From an uncultured Myxococcales bacterium (GTDB taxonomy: Bacteria > Myxococcota_A > Polyangia > Palsa-1104 > JAEUJZ01): a DNA stretch of 64,000 bases. A model generated the notes under the pieces. The model was given only the letters and a program-made list of their open reading frames with translations, was not told the DNA's origin and made no database searches. The position numbers were made by a program, and so were the translations under genes. Positions 35,203-45,292 of this stretch are shown piece by piece. Each line of letters starts with the position of its first letter. Positions within the stretch are counted from its first letter, which is position 1. The stretch is from assembly GCA_964460115.1 (NCBI GenBank), contig CAYWPR010000028.1, forward strand, positions 1,904-65,903, given 5' to 3'.

Positions 35203-36716
35203 GCAGCGCTCCCTCAGTCATCATTGCAGGAACCGGCATTGCCGGACTTGTCGCGGCTTATGAGCTGGCAAGCCGCGGCTGCCGCGTCACGGTGCTGGAT
35301 GCCGCACCGATTTCCGGCGGACGCACATCCACGTATATCGATGCCCGCGGCCGGCAAGTGGATACCGGGTTGCACGTCGTTGCCGATCACTACGTCAACC
35401 TGATCGAGATTTTGGCCGGCCTAAGCGTCTCGCGCCGACTGCACTGGGTCGACAAGCATACCTATCTGCGCGCCGGCCATCCTCCTATGGAATGGTACTT
35501 TTCGCCCAAGCCGCCGCCGTTTCATCTGCTGCGGCCCATGCGCGAAATGCCCCTGTCTCTGGGAGCTCGGCTGCGACTTGGCAAAGTAGGAATGCTCTTG
35601 GCCGGTTATACCCAAGCCGACCTTTCGGAACTCGATCATTTGACTTATGCCGCGTGGCACCGTCGCCATGGGCTCGGTGATGATTTCACGTTGGAACTGG
35701 CCGAGGCAGCGGCCGACGCGGCGACATTTTTAACCGTCGAACAAGCGGCGGCGCGGCCGGTGCTGTCCTGGATCAAGTACCTGATGCGCGATCAACACGC
35801 CGGCGATGTCGGTCTATTTCGCGGCACGCTCGAGGAATGTTTGATTGGTCCGCTTGTGCAGGCAATTACGCAGCGCGGCGGTCAAGTGCGGCTGCGCACC
35901 GCCGTGCGCGGCTTTGCGCCCTCGGCCGATGGTCGGCAGCTTGAAGGCGTGTGGGTGGCGCCGGCGCACGAAAGCGGCCCGGTCCATCGCGCCGATGGCG
36001 CCGTAAACACCGACGAAACCAAACGCGAGCTTTTGCCCGCCGATTTTTTCATCTCGGCGATGAATGTTCAATCGCTGCGCGCGGTTCTGCCGGCCGAGCA
36101 CATTCGGCAAAGCGGACTTACCGAGGCCATGCGCCTAAGCACAACGCCAGCGATGTCGCTGCTTGTGTGGTTTGATCGGCGTATACAGCCCATGCCGCAA
36201 GGGGCGCCGCTGTCGACGGGTTGCGCCATGCGGGATTTTGTCGATCTGGCTTTGCTCGATCGCCAGCCGTCGGGATTTGCCGGATCGGTTTACCAATTTG
36301 TGGTTACCCGGGCCAGCGCCCGCCTAAATGACAGCGACGAGCACGTATTAAACGACGTGGTGGCCGATTTCAAAGCGGTATGGCCGGGCGCCCGCGATGC
36401 CCAAGTGGTCGATTTCGCGCTGGAACGCATCGGCGCCGCGATGTTTGCGGCGGTGCCAAATGCGCACGCGCTGCGCCCGTCCAGTCAAACTCGATGGCGC
36501 AATTTTGTACTCGCTGGAGATTGGGTGCGGCACGATATGAATGCATCGATGGAAGGGGCCGCGGTGTCGGGACGGCTGGCCGCCAGCGCGGTGCTGCATC
36601 AGCTTGCCATGCCCGAGGTGCCGCTGCGCGAGCCCGCAGATCCAACGGTTGTACCGGCGCTGCGCCGCCTCTTGCGGCCGCTGCGGGAAAAAACTCGGGC
36701 CCGACCCGCGATATAG
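35199..36716 (+). CDS. FAD-dependent oxidoreductase, amine-oxidase / phytoene-desaturase / HpnE-like superfamily
   Basis: VIIAGTGIAGLVAAYELASRGCRVTVLDA...GGR (dinucleotide fold), PPPFHLLRP segment and C-terminal LAGDWVRHDMNASMEGAAVSG. ATGA overlap with the previous stop (35199-35202). Confidence 0.8.
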   Translation: MSSAPSVIIAGTGIAGLVAAYELASRGCRVTVLDAAPISGGRTSTYIDARGRQVDTGLHVVADHYVNLIEILAGLSVSRRLHWVDKHTYLRAGHPPMEWYFSPKPPPFHLLRPMREMPLSLGARLRLGKVGMLLAGYTQADLSELDHLTYAAWHRRHGLGDDFTLELAEAAADAATFLTVEQAAARPVLSWIKYLMRDQHAGDVGLFRGTLEECLIGPLVQAITQRGGQVRLRTAVRGFAPSADGRQLEGVWVAPAHESGPVHRADGAVNTDETKRELLPADFFISAMNVQSLRAVLPAEHIRQSGLTEAMRLSTTPAMSLLVWFDRRIQPMPQGAPLSTGCAMRDFVDLALLDRQPSGFAGSVYQFVVTRASARLNDSDEHVLNDVVADFKAVWPGARDAQVVDFALERIGAAMFAAVPNAHALRPSSQTRWRNFVLAGDWVRHDMNASMEGAAVSGRLAASAVLHQLAMPEVPLREPADPTVVPALRRLLRPLREKTRARPAI

Positions 36717-36740
36717 TAATCCATAAGGAGTTCAGTTCGC

Positions 36741-37484
36741 ATGGCCAGCATTCTGGAACTTTCTCGCGTTGAGAAATCCTTTCCGCAGTCCCAAGTTCAA
36801 GCTTTGCGCGGCGTTGATCTGCGCATCGATGCCGGCGAGTTTGTCAGCATTATGGGACCAAGCGGCTCGGGAAAATCGACGCTGCTAAACCTGATCGCAG
36901 CGCTGGATACTCCCACCTCTGGAACCATCGCCATCGATGGGCAAAATATCGGCACGCTAAGCGATGACCAATTGACGCTTTTGCGGCGCACCAAAATTGG
37001 CATCGTATTTCAGTTCTTCAATCTTTTGCCGACGCTTAATGCCACGGACAATGTGCTTTTGCCGGTGCTTTTGGGACGGCGCGCATCCGAGGAAGATCAT
37101 GCCCGCGCCCAGGGGTTGCTTGTGGAAGTGGGGCTCGGCGATCGCGCCACCCATCGCATTGCTCAGCTTTCCGGCGGGCAAATGCAGCGCGTGGCCATTG
37201 CGCGGGCCCTGATGACGCAGCCGCGGCTGCTTTTGGCCGACGAACCCACCGGCAACTTGGACAGCACGATTGGCCAAGGCATTTTGCACCTCCTGCGCGA
37301 GATCTGCGACCGGCATAAGACGACGATTGTTCTAGTCACCCACGATCGCAGCGCCGCGGATTTTGGCCATCGTTTGGTGCGCCTGCGCGATGGACGCGTG
37401 GTTGCCGATGAACGCGTGACCGCGACCGTGCCTCCACTGTCCGCCAAAGCCGATGCTCAGGCTGCGGCCTCGGGGTCGCCATGA
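36741..37484 (+). CDS. ABC transporter ATP-binding protein (MacB/LolD/FtsE-like)
   Basis: [39 protein letters not shown]. Confidence 0.9.
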   Translation: MASILELSRVEKSFPQSQVQALRGVDLRIDAGEFVSIMGPSGSGKSTLLNLIAALDTPTSGTIAIDGQNIGTLSDDQLTLLRRTKIGIVFQFFNLLPTLNATDNVLLPVLLGRRASEEDHARAQGLLVEVGLGDRATHRIAQLSGGQMQRVAIARALMTQPRLLLADEPTGNLDSTIGQGILHLLREICDRHKTTIVLVTHDRSAADFGHRLVRLRDGRVVADERVTATVPPLSAKADAQAAASGSP

Positions 37485-40096
37485 CCGGGTATGGACGGCT
37501 GCTTCTTTCGATCAGCGTACCGCGGGCTCGCGAGCATCCGCTGCGTACGCTGCTTACCGTCGCCGGCACCATGCTGGGGGTGGCGGTGCTGGTGGCGGTG
37601 GTGCTGGTCAATCGCACCATCACAAGCAGCGTAGCTGCAGCAATCGACGACATCTCTGGCAAGGCCGACTTGCAGGTCAGTGGCGGTCCGCAAGGTCTGG
37701 AAGAAAACCTCCTCGAAACGCTGCGGGCGGTGCCCGGCGTCTACAAAGCCACTCCGGTGGTGCAAGAAGTGGCGCGCGTTGCGTCTAGTGCAACCAATAC
37801 TTCGACGCACGGCGAAGCTTTGGCGGGCCAGCAGCTTACCATTTTGGGCATCCATCTGCTAGGCGATGATGACTATTTTCGTTCCTATAAATCGTCGGAA
37901 ATCGACGAAATCAAGCGCGACCCGCTGCTTTTCTTAAATTCCACGACCAATTTGATTCTTAGCGAAGAATTCGCCCGCAAGTTCGGGCTACGGTTGATGG
38001 ACAAGCTGCCGCTGCTTACGCCGTCCGGGCGGCAGGACTTCACCGTCTGGGGACTGATACGCGATGAGCGCATGGCCCGCGCGCTAGGCGGTGCCGTCGC
38101 CGTTATGTATTACCAAGCGACGCAGGTGGCATTTCAGCGCGGCAGCATGGTTGACCGCTTTGACGTCGCGGTCGAGCACGGCAAAAGCCCAGAACAAGTG
38201 CGAAATGCCATTTCTCAGGCCTTAAAATCGAGCGCCAGCGTCGAACATCCGCAACGACGCGGCGAGCGCGTCAACAACCTTTTGGGCTCGTTTCGGCAGG
38301 CGCTGGTCATTGCCAGCGCGCTGGCGCTGCTAGTCGGAATGTTTCTTATCTACAACACCATTTCGATCAGCGTGGCGCAAAGACAGACTGAAATCGGCAT
38401 TTTGCGCGCCCTTGGCATGACGCGCAGCCAGGTTCGAGTTCTATTCACGCTGGAAGGGACGCTGCTTGGTTTTGTCGGCAGCGGGCTCGGTATTTTGGCG
38501 GGGCTGTGGCTCTCGCGGACGATGCTCGTCTTTATGACGCGCGCCGTCAGCGAGGTATACCTGCAAGTGCACGCCACGGATGTCTCCGTCGATCCGCCGC
38601 TGCTTGTGCTGGGGCTTTTGCTGGGCACTTTTGGCGCGCTGATTTCGGCGCTATTGCCGGCGCGCGAAGCGACGCAAGTATCGCCGATAAGCGCGCTGCG
38701 CGGCTTTGGGCTTTCCACCGCAGCGCCGCCGCCGCCCAAACTGCGCTTTACGGATATTTTGGCCGTACTGCTCCTAGGTTCGGCCTGGCCAGTGTCGCAA
38801 ATTGCGCCGATTCACGGCCAGCCAATTCCCGGCTACGCCGCCATTGCCGAGGTGATGCTGGCGTCGCTGCTTCTGACCCCGCGGGCGCTTTTATTGACCG
38901 CATTTTTGTTCGAAGGACTTTTGCGCGGCGTCTTGGGCATCGAGGGGCAGCTTGCCTGCGGCAATCTGCGGCGCAGTCTGAATCGCTCGGCGATTACGGT
39001 CGGCGCGCTTTTGGTTTCGGTGTCTACGGTCACAGCGCTGGCGGTACTGCTTAGCAGTTTTGAGCGGTCGACGCTCAAGTGGATTGATCAAACGATTCCC
39101 GCGGATTTGTTTATCACCAGCGCCAGTCCGTTTGCCGCCAGTACCAAGAATTCGCATATGTCCGAAGCTCTTTTTGAGCCGCTGCGCAGCCTGCCCGGCG
39201 TCGAAGCCGTCAACCGCGTACGCGTCGTCGATGTGGACTTTCGTGATACCGAAATCAAGCTGGTCGCGGTGGATTGGGCCGTGGAACACCGCTACGGTCA
39301 TTTCACATTTCTGGCGGGCGACTTCAACTCGGCCAATACCGCCCTAGAAAATGGCACCGGGCTTTTGGCCAGCGAAAACTTCGTGCGGCGCTTTGGACTG
39401 GGACTGGGCGCCACCGTCACGCTGATGTCGCCCGGCGGCCCGCGCGAGCTTCCCATCGCCGCGGTGGTTGTGGACTATACAAGCGACCAAGGGGCGCTGT
39501 TTCTGTCGCGCCCGACCTATACCAAAATTTGGCAGGATACTCGCGTCGATACGTACAAATTGCACCTCGTCAAGGGAACCGACCTAGAGCAAGTGCGGCA
39601 ACGCATTTCCGCGATGTTTGGCGAAAGCCATACTCTGTTCATTTTGTCGAACGCCGAGCTCAAGCTCGAGATTCGCCGCGTGCTTGCCCAAACCTTTCAG
39701 CTTGCCGATGCATTGCAGATGGTCGCGCTCCTGATTGCCGCCCTGGGCATCATTAACACGCTGCTGGCGGCCGTGCTCGATCGAATGCGCGAAATCGGAG
39801 TGCTGCGCGCCATCGGCGGATTGCGGCGTCAGATTCGGCGCATCATTCTGGTCGAAGCGCTTCTACTTGGCATATGCAGCGGTTTATTTGGCATCGGCTG
39901 CGGACTTATGTGCGGCGAGATTTTGCTGCGCTCGGTCAATACCGTACAACTGGGCTGGTTGTGGCAGTTTGCCTTTCCCGGCCCGGCGCTTTTGCGGCTG
40001 TTTGGACTTGTGATGCTGGCGGCGACCATCGCCGGCTGGTTTCCGGCGCGGCAGGCAGCACGCTTGCCGATCATCCGTGCCCTCAAATATGAATAA
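37481..40096 (+). CDS. ABC transporter permease with two FtsX/MacB-type domains (871 aa)
   Basis: Two copies of the pattern TM, large periplasmic domain, three TM helices. Conserved stretches QRQTEIGILRALGMTRSQV and DRMREIGVLRAIGGLRRQI. ATGA overlap with the ATPase gene. Confidence 0.85.
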   Translation: MTGYGRLLLSISVPRAREHPLRTLLTVAGTMLGVAVLVAVVLVNRTITSSVAAAIDDISGKADLQVSGGPQGLEENLLETLRAVPGVYKATPVVQEVARVASSATNTSTHGEALAGQQLTILGIHLLGDDDYFRSYKSSEIDEIKRDPLLFLNSTTNLILSEEFARKFGLRLMDKLPLLTPSGRQDFTVWGLIRDERMARALGGAVAVMYYQATQVAFQRGSMVDRFDVAVEHGKSPEQVRNAISQALKSSASVEHPQRRGERVNNLLGSFRQALVIASALALLVGMFLIYNTISISVAQRQTEIGILRALGMTRSQVRVLFTLEGTLLGFVGSGLGILAGLWLSRTMLVFMTRAVSEVYLQVHATDVSVDPPLLVLGLLLGTFGALISALLPAREATQVSPISALRGFGLSTAAPPPPKLRFTDILAVLLLGSAWPVSQIAPIHGQPIPGYAAIAEVMLASLLLTPRALLLTAFLFEGLLRGVLGIEGQLACGNLRRSLNRSAITVGALLVSVSTVTALAVLLSSFERSTLKWIDQTIPADLFITSASPFAASTKNSHMSEALFEPLRSLPGVEAVNRVRVVDVDFRDTEIKLVAVDWAVEHRYGHFTFLAGDFNSANTALENGTGLLASENFVRRFGLGLGATVTLMSPGGPRELPIAAVVVDYTSDQGALFLSRPTYTKIWQDTRVDTYKLHLVKGTDLEQVRQRISAMFGESHTLFILSNAELKLEIRRVLAQTFQLADALQMVALLIAALGIINTLLAAVLDRMREIGVLRAIGGLRRQIRRIILVEALLLGICSGLFGIGCGLMCGEILLRSVNTVQLGWLWQFAFPGPALLRLFGLVMLAATIAGWFPARQAARLPIIRALKYE

Positions 40097-40112
40097 ACAG
40101 GAGCAGACCCCC

Positions 40113-40961
40113 ATGAAAACCTCCTTGCTCTATGGCCGCAGCGCTTGGCAAAAAGGCTGGCTGCTGACCGGCTTTTTTGGCAGCGTCACGGCCGCGTGGG
40201 CCGCGCCCGCGGTTGCGCCGGACAGCACCGACGCCCGTGCCATCATGACCGCGGTCGAAAAGCGCGACCTCGGCGATCATATGACCGCGCGCATGCAATT
40301 TGACGTCGATAGCAAGACAGGTGGCAAAAGGCAGCGCCTCTTGCAGTCGCGCAGCTTAAATACGCCCGGAGCGCGCAAGCAGCTTCTGCTTTTTGAAAGC
40401 CCAGCCGACGTCCGCAATGTCGGTCTTTTGACTTGGGACTACGACGACGGCAGCAAAAGCGATGACCAGTGGCTGTACCTGCCGGCGCTGCATCGCTCTT
40501 CGCGGATTACGCAAAATGACCGCTCGGGTCCGTTTATGGGCACCGATTTGAGCTACAGCGATATGACCCGCAAGGATCCATCGCAATACGAATACAAACT
40601 GCTGAATCCGTCGGTGAAAATCGGCGATGAAGACTGCTGGCAGATCGAAGTCAAACCTGCGACGCCTAAAGAGCAAAAAGAAACCGGCTATGTTCGCATT
40701 GAAACCTGGATCAGCAAAAGCAAACTCATGGCGGTGCAAAGCAAGAGCTTTTTGACCGACGGGCAGCGCGTTAAATACATTCAGTTTCGCAACATCCAGA
40801 CCATCTCGGGCGTTCCTACAGCGCTAGAGATTATCGCGCGCACCGTCAAAGGCAGTGAAGCGGCCTCTACCACCGTAATCACGTTGTCGGACGTAAAGTA
40901 CGGCCAAGACACCGTGCAGGATGCAGATTTCGTCGAACGCCGTCTGGAACAAGGGCTGTAG
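40113..40961 (+). CDS. LolA-like outer-membrane lipoprotein-sorting protein family
   Basis: Signal peptide. ARAIMTAVEKRDLGDHMTARMQF...LLLFESPADVRNVGLLTW...WLYLPALHRSSRI...FMGTDLSYSDM matches the remembered pattern of this family. AGGAG lies before ATG 40113. Confidence 0.7.
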   Translation: MKTSLLYGRSAWQKGWLLTGFFGSVTAAWAAPAVAPDSTDARAIMTAVEKRDLGDHMTARMQFDVDSKTGGKRQRLLQSRSLNTPGARKQLLLFESPADVRNVGLLTWDYDDGSKSDDQWLYLPALHRSSRITQNDRSGPFMGTDLSYSDMTRKDPSQYEYKLLNPSVKIGDEDCWQIEVKPATPKEQKETGYVRIETWISKSKLMAVQSKSFLTDGQRVKYIQFRNIQTISGVPTALEIIARTVKGSEAASTTVITLSDVKYGQDTVQDADFVERRLEQGL

Positions 40962-41001
40962 GCGCAGGCCGAGCATAAAGGCCTTACCAAGGACTTCGGC
41001 C

Positions 41002-42531
41002 ATGATTTGGCAACGCATCTGGAACAGGCTTTTGTGGACGGCATTGGCGACCGAAGCATTTTCGGTGCGCATCGCCGCTGCCGAGCCGCCGACTCTGGTG
41101 GTTCCTAAAGCCGCCGAAGACGACAAAGAGCCCGACCCCGCGCCGCTGCTACTTCCGAATACACCGCCGGGGCCGGCAGAACCAACCGCGCCCAGCAGTT
41201 CGGCTGACGCGCTGGGCTTTGGCGAGCCCGTCGTTAGCGCTCCGCCGCCGCCCCCGCCTCCGCAAGAATGGTCGGTATACGGAACCATCCGCAGCGACTG
41301 GGCGCTGTGGACCGAGCGGATAGACAGCAATCCCTTTGCCAAAAGCCGCCAAAGTCTGGATCTAAACGTCCGCTTCAAAAAAAGCATCTTTCGTTTGGTG
41401 CTGAGCGGACACGCCGAATACGACTTTGCCTATCTGTACAAAAACGACACCTACGATGCACCGACGCAAAATGTCTATGCTTGGCAGCTTTTTCCACGCG
41501 AAGCATTTGCCGCCCTGTCTCTGCCGTCTTTCGAACTGGCTGTCGGCTACCAAGTGGTTCCGTGGGGACATGGCGAACTGCTAAGCCCGCTTGACGTCGC
41601 CATGCCGCGCGATCAGCGCGAACCCGGCCTGCAAGATCCGGGCGATCTGCGTTTGCCGGTGCTCTCGAGTCGAATCAACTACTTTCGCGGCGTACACAGC
41701 GTCGAGTTCATGATGATTCATCTGCCGGCATTCGGATTTCGGCCGACGCCAAACAGCTTGTTCAGTCCGGTGCCGGCGCTATTTAGCACCCCTCAGGCGG
41801 TGGCCGTGGGACTTTCGCCGGATTTGCTGATTGGCCGCAGTTACGACGAAACTTCGCCGACCTTTAATCAGCAGTTTCTGCTGCGCTACGCCTATCACGG
41901 ACCGCGCGTGGACTTGGGAGTGTACGCCGGCACGGTTTTAGATCAGCGCGGCGTGTTTGCCACCACCGATGCGAGCACTTTTTTAGCCAGCACGACCCTG
42001 GGACTACAGCACGAACGCTTCGGCATTCTTGGCACTTCCGGCAATCTGCCGCTGCGCTGGTTTTTGCTCAATTGGGAACTCAGCAGCGATTTGGCTCGAA
42101 TGCTCAATACTGGGCAATTCGATAGCGGCAATGTGTCCACCGACCGCGCGTATCTAATCAACACCATGGTCGGCCTAAGCTTTACGGGCGTTCGCGATTT
42201 GCGGCTGTCCGTGGAATTTCTAAAACCCTGGGTCTTAAATGACCGCACGGATTGGCTGCTTGTTCCCGACCGTCCAGTGTTTGCGGCGCGGGCTTCCTAT
42301 TCGCTGTTTCGCGAACGGCTGCAGTTTAACGTCGTGGCCAGTTTCATCGGCTTTCATCTGGAGCAGGGATGGTTTCTGCGCGGCGAAGGCAGCTTCATGA
42401 TTCGCGACGGACTGAAGGTCAACGCCGGCTACATCACTTATCAGCCGGGCAGTGAATTCAGTACATTTTTCGGGCTCGGCCTACACGACCGCTTTTACGC
42501 CGGTCTGCGTTGGGATTTCACGCTGCTTTAG
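41002..42531 (+). CDS. Putative outer-membrane beta-barrel protein
   Basis: Signal peptide MIWQRIWNRLLWTALATEAFSVRIAAA, a Pro-rich linker, then about 430 aa of alternating amphipathic strands (LDLNVRFK, FRLVLSGHAEYDF, LRLSVEF). Aromatic-rich C-terminus YAGLRWDFTLL. The family was not identified. Confidence 0.5.
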   Translation: MIWQRIWNRLLWTALATEAFSVRIAAAEPPTLVVPKAAEDDKEPDPAPLLLPNTPPGPAEPTAPSSSADALGFGEPVVSAPPPPPPPQEWSVYGTIRSDWALWTERIDSNPFAKSRQSLDLNVRFKKSIFRLVLSGHAEYDFAYLYKNDTYDAPTQNVYAWQLFPREAFAALSLPSFELAVGYQVVPWGHGELLSPLDVAMPRDQREPGLQDPGDLRLPVLSSRINYFRGVHSVEFMMIHLPAFGFRPTPNSLFSPVPALFSTPQAVAVGLSPDLLIGRSYDETSPTFNQQFLLRYAYHGPRVDLGVYAGTVLDQRGVFATTDASTFLASTTLGLQHERFGILGTSGNLPLRWFLLNWELSSDLARMLNTGQFDSGNVSTDRAYLINTMVGLSFTGVRDLRLSVEFLKPWVLNDRTDWLLVPDRPVFAARASYSLFRERLQFNVVASFIGFHLEQGWFLRGEGSFMIRDGLKVNAGYITYQPGSEFSTFFGLGLHDRFYAGLRWDFTLL

Positions 42532-42537
42532 CTTTCA

Positions 42538-42759
42538 TTAGATGATTTTGCTGCGCTTGCTTTGCCTTCGCACAAGCAGAACCACCGGAATGATGGAACG
42601 GGGATCCTCAGCAGCCTGAGCGCTGACCTGCTCGGCGGCGCTTTGCACGCGCTCGGCCAGCTTGCCGGCGTTTTGTCCAAGCTGCTTGATGCGCTTGCTG
42701 CGCTGCTTGCCCGCGTCGATGATGATCGGCGGCAACACTTCCGGCTTGGTGTCGTTCAT
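42538..42759 (-). CDS. Small conserved-looking hypothetical protein (73 aa), paralog of 45293-45523
   Basis: PPIIIDAGKQRSKRIKQLGQNAGKLAERVQSAAEQV...SIIPVVLLVRRQSKR aligns with HPLVVDLGKAKREQVKALMLGRGDLVSNVKEALEQI...RLLPIVVVYEKKRSRR. Confidence 0.55.
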   Translation of the reverse strand: MNDTKPEVLPPIIIDAGKQRSKRIKQLGQNAGKLAERVQSAAEQVSAQAAEDPRSIIPVVLLVRRQSKRSKII

Positions 42760-42771
42760 GAAGAAGTCCTC

Positions 42772-44877
42772 CTATTTCTGCGTATCGACATCTTGCAGCC
42801 GCACAAGAATTCTGCGCACCATCAAAAGCGCCACGCACAAAAGCACTGGCTGCGTAAAACGGAATTTCAGAATGGTTCGCAAAAGGCTTAGCAGGTTCAT
42901 CTCGCGGCCGGTGATAAGACCGTGTCCGCTGTTTACAAGCAGCGCCAAAAGATAAACGCCGCAGCCCATCGCGATAAGCTTCAGCAAAGCCGAGACGCCA
43001 AAAGCCATTTTGCCGACCATACTGCTGAAGCTGAAGTAAGGAATGTCGAGCGCATGCTGCGCCCGTTCGATGAACTGGTTGCCAAGGCGCCACATTTCTT
43101 CAATTTTCATGTAGTCGATTCGCGTGAAGCCCTTTTTCAGACGCTTGCGAACTTCACGGCGAACACGGCGTCGCGCCCGTTCTCCAGCTTGGCAAAAGTA
43201 GCGCCTATATTCCCAAGCCATGTCCAGATGCTTCCACAGCCGCAGCATCACGGTGTCGTACAAAAAGGTCGCGCGAAACATGCGCAGACTGTCCAGGTTC
43301 ATCGGAATGTTGTAGCGCTGAGCGATGCCGGCAAACTTCATCCACATCTGCCCCGAGGCTTTTTCCCACCATTCCGAATGCTCACTGTTGATGGCGTACA
43401 TCCAGTTCCAGTACAGCGCTTCGACTTCCTTGATAAACCGATCCAGATCGATGGGCGGCAGCGGCTCCATATAGGAAATGGTGCATTTGACAAGCCCTGC
43501 TACGTCCTTATCGGCGATGCAGCGTTGGGTTTGTATCCACAGGCGCCGCGCTTTGCGAGTGATGCGACCGCACGAACCAAAATCGATAAACACCAGCGTA
43601 TTGCCCGGCCGCACCACGATGTTTGCGGGATGCGGATCGGCGTGAAAAAACAGACTCTCGATCATTTCATAGTTAAAGGCCATGACCAGGCGTTTGGCGA
43701 TCGCCGAAGGGTCAAAACCTTGGCTTTTCAATTGGTCAAGCGCCGCAGTGTCTTGCCGGTCTAAAGCCCCCAGAATCTCTTGCAAAAAGACGCCAGAGAC
43801 AAACTCTGTCGTCAGTACATTTTCCGAAAGCAGCTCGAAATAGACATGCGGCGCGGACAGATAGTTCTGTTCATTTTCCGCAGCAAAGCGGCGAAATAGT
43901 TCCGTGTAGCGAGCTTCCTGAAAAAAGTTCAGCTCGTCGGCGAACATCTCATTCAGCTCGACCAGCAAATTCTGCGAGACGCCGGCGCGCGCCAGAGTCA
44001 GAAACTCGGCGGTATGCAAAATCCAACCGAGGGCGCGCAAGTCCGCAGGCAGCATCTTGATGATGCCCGGACGACGCACTTTGACCGCGACCCGCTCGCC
44101 GCTGTGCAAAAGCGCTTGATAGACACAAGCCAGCGATGCCGAACCAATCGGCTGCGGATCGAAAACGGCAAAAATGTCTTCCAGTTTGCGACCAAAGTCG
44201 CGCTCGATGGTCTTAATCGCCAGCGGAGTGGGAAAAGGCGGGACCTTGTCGAGCATCTTGGCCAGCTCTTCGCAGTATTCGAAGGGCAAAAGGTCGGCAC
44301 GCACCGATAACTGTTGACCCACTTTGACAAAAGTCGGGCCCAGGCTTTCGAAAATGCGGCGTAGACGGATGGCGCGGCGCGTAATGCTGTTGCGAAAGCA
44401 CAAAATGTCCCAAAGCGTGCCCGTCGCATAGCGCACAAAGCCCCACAGCCACAGCATCATCCGCGCCATGGTGCGCAAAAAATGCGCCTGAAAGACCATC
44501 TTGCGCGCCTTGGGCGGCGCTTTGGTGGCATCGGCGGATGAAGCGGTGATCTTGCGCCGCGGCAGCGCGGCGGTTATGCCTTTGGGCTCATCGGGGTGGC
44601 GAAACACCGTGTCGCGCGTGGGAAGCACGGGATCTTTGCTGTGGCCCGCGCGCCAGCGCTCGACTCCGTCCTGAGCCGCGGCACGTACGCTCGACAATCT
44701 TTTGACCGGTTCAAGTGCACTTAGCGGGATAGACACGGGCGGTTCGGCGAAGCCGGGCGGAGACCAAGCAACCGGCGCAACATACAAAGATCGCCCCGCC
44801 ATTCCATCGCTGCGCAAAAGCGGTTCGGATGGAAGCGGTGTTGCAGCGTCCTTTTTTGGATTCAATTCGCGCGTCAC
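42772..44877 (-). CDS. ABC1/UbiB (AarF/ADCK) atypical-kinase family protein with C-terminal TM helices (701 aa)
   Basis: FVKVGQQLSVRADLLPFEYCEELAKMLDKVPPF, GSASLACVYQALLHSGERVAVKVRRPGI and FHADPHPANIVV. C-terminal hydrophobic helices. GTG start overlaps the upstream stop (GTGA). Confidence 0.85.
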   Translation of the reverse strand: MTRELNPKKDAATPLPSEPLLRSDGMAGRSLYVAPVAWSPPGFAEPPVSIPLSALEPVKRLSSVRAAAQDGVERWRAGHSKDPVLPTRDTVFRHPDEPKGITAALPRRKITASSADATKAPPKARKMVFQAHFLRTMARMMLWLWGFVRYATGTLWDILCFRNSITRRAIRLRRIFESLGPTFVKVGQQLSVRADLLPFEYCEELAKMLDKVPPFPTPLAIKTIERDFGRKLEDIFAVFDPQPIGSASLACVYQALLHSGERVAVKVRRPGIIKMLPADLRALGWILHTAEFLTLARAGVSQNLLVELNEMFADELNFFQEARYTELFRRFAAENEQNYLSAPHVYFELLSENVLTTEFVSGVFLQEILGALDRQDTAALDQLKSQGFDPSAIAKRLVMAFNYEMIESLFFHADPHPANIVVRPGNTLVFIDFGSCGRITRKARRLWIQTQRCIADKDVAGLVKCTISYMEPLPPIDLDRFIKEVEALYWNWMYAINSEHSEWWEKASGQMWMKFAGIAQRYNIPMNLDSLRMFRATFLYDTVMLRLWKHLDMAWEYRRYFCQAGERARRRVRREVRKRLKKGFTRIDYMKIEEMWRLGNQFIERAQHALDIPYFSFSSMVGKMAFGVSALLKLIAMGCGVYLLALLVNSGHGLITGREMNLLSLLRTILKFRFTQPVLLCVALLMVRRILVRLQDVDTQK

Positions 44878-45248
44878 TTGAAGAAAGGCGAAAAGATGCG
44901 AGCAAAGAAATTGCGCATGTTCATCTTGGGCATCGCTTCGACGAAATCCTGCGGCACATAGGTGGCAACGCGCAGCCCTTTGCTAAGCGCTTTGGCGTAG
45001 TTGTTCAGGGAGTCGACAATGGCTCCGTCTTTGAGCTTGCGCGCCGATTTTTCGGTGCCTTTGCGCCAAACCCGCAGACCCTCTTCCACAGAGTTCACCA
45101 AGCGATGCGTGGCTTTGCTGACGCCGCGTTCAAGCTGCTGTACGCCCTTCAGCTTTTTGGAATATTTCCGCTTGGGCTTCGCTGGCACGGCTTCGGCAGC
45201 CTCAGCGACTGCATTTGCCAGAACCTGCTCGGTTTTGTGTTCAAGCAT
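44874..45248 (-). CDS. Hypothetical Lys-rich helical protein (124 aa)
   Basis: ATG 45248 is preceded by AGGAGG (complement of 45254-45259). Product: MLEHKTEQVLANAV...KKLKGVQQLERGVSKATHRLVNSVEEGLRVWRKGTEKSARKLKDG... The track ORF extends to TTG 45296. Confidence 0.6.
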   Translation of the reverse strand: MLEHKTEQVLANAVAEAAEAVPAKPKRKYSKKLKGVQQLERGVSKATHRLVNSVEEGLRVWRKGTEKSARKLKDGAIVDSLNNYAKALSKGLRVATYVPQDFVEAMPKMNMRNFFARIFSPFFK

Positions 45249-45292
45249 TTTTTCCTCCTGGACCATGCCTTTGCTGCATGCTCGGCCGTTCA

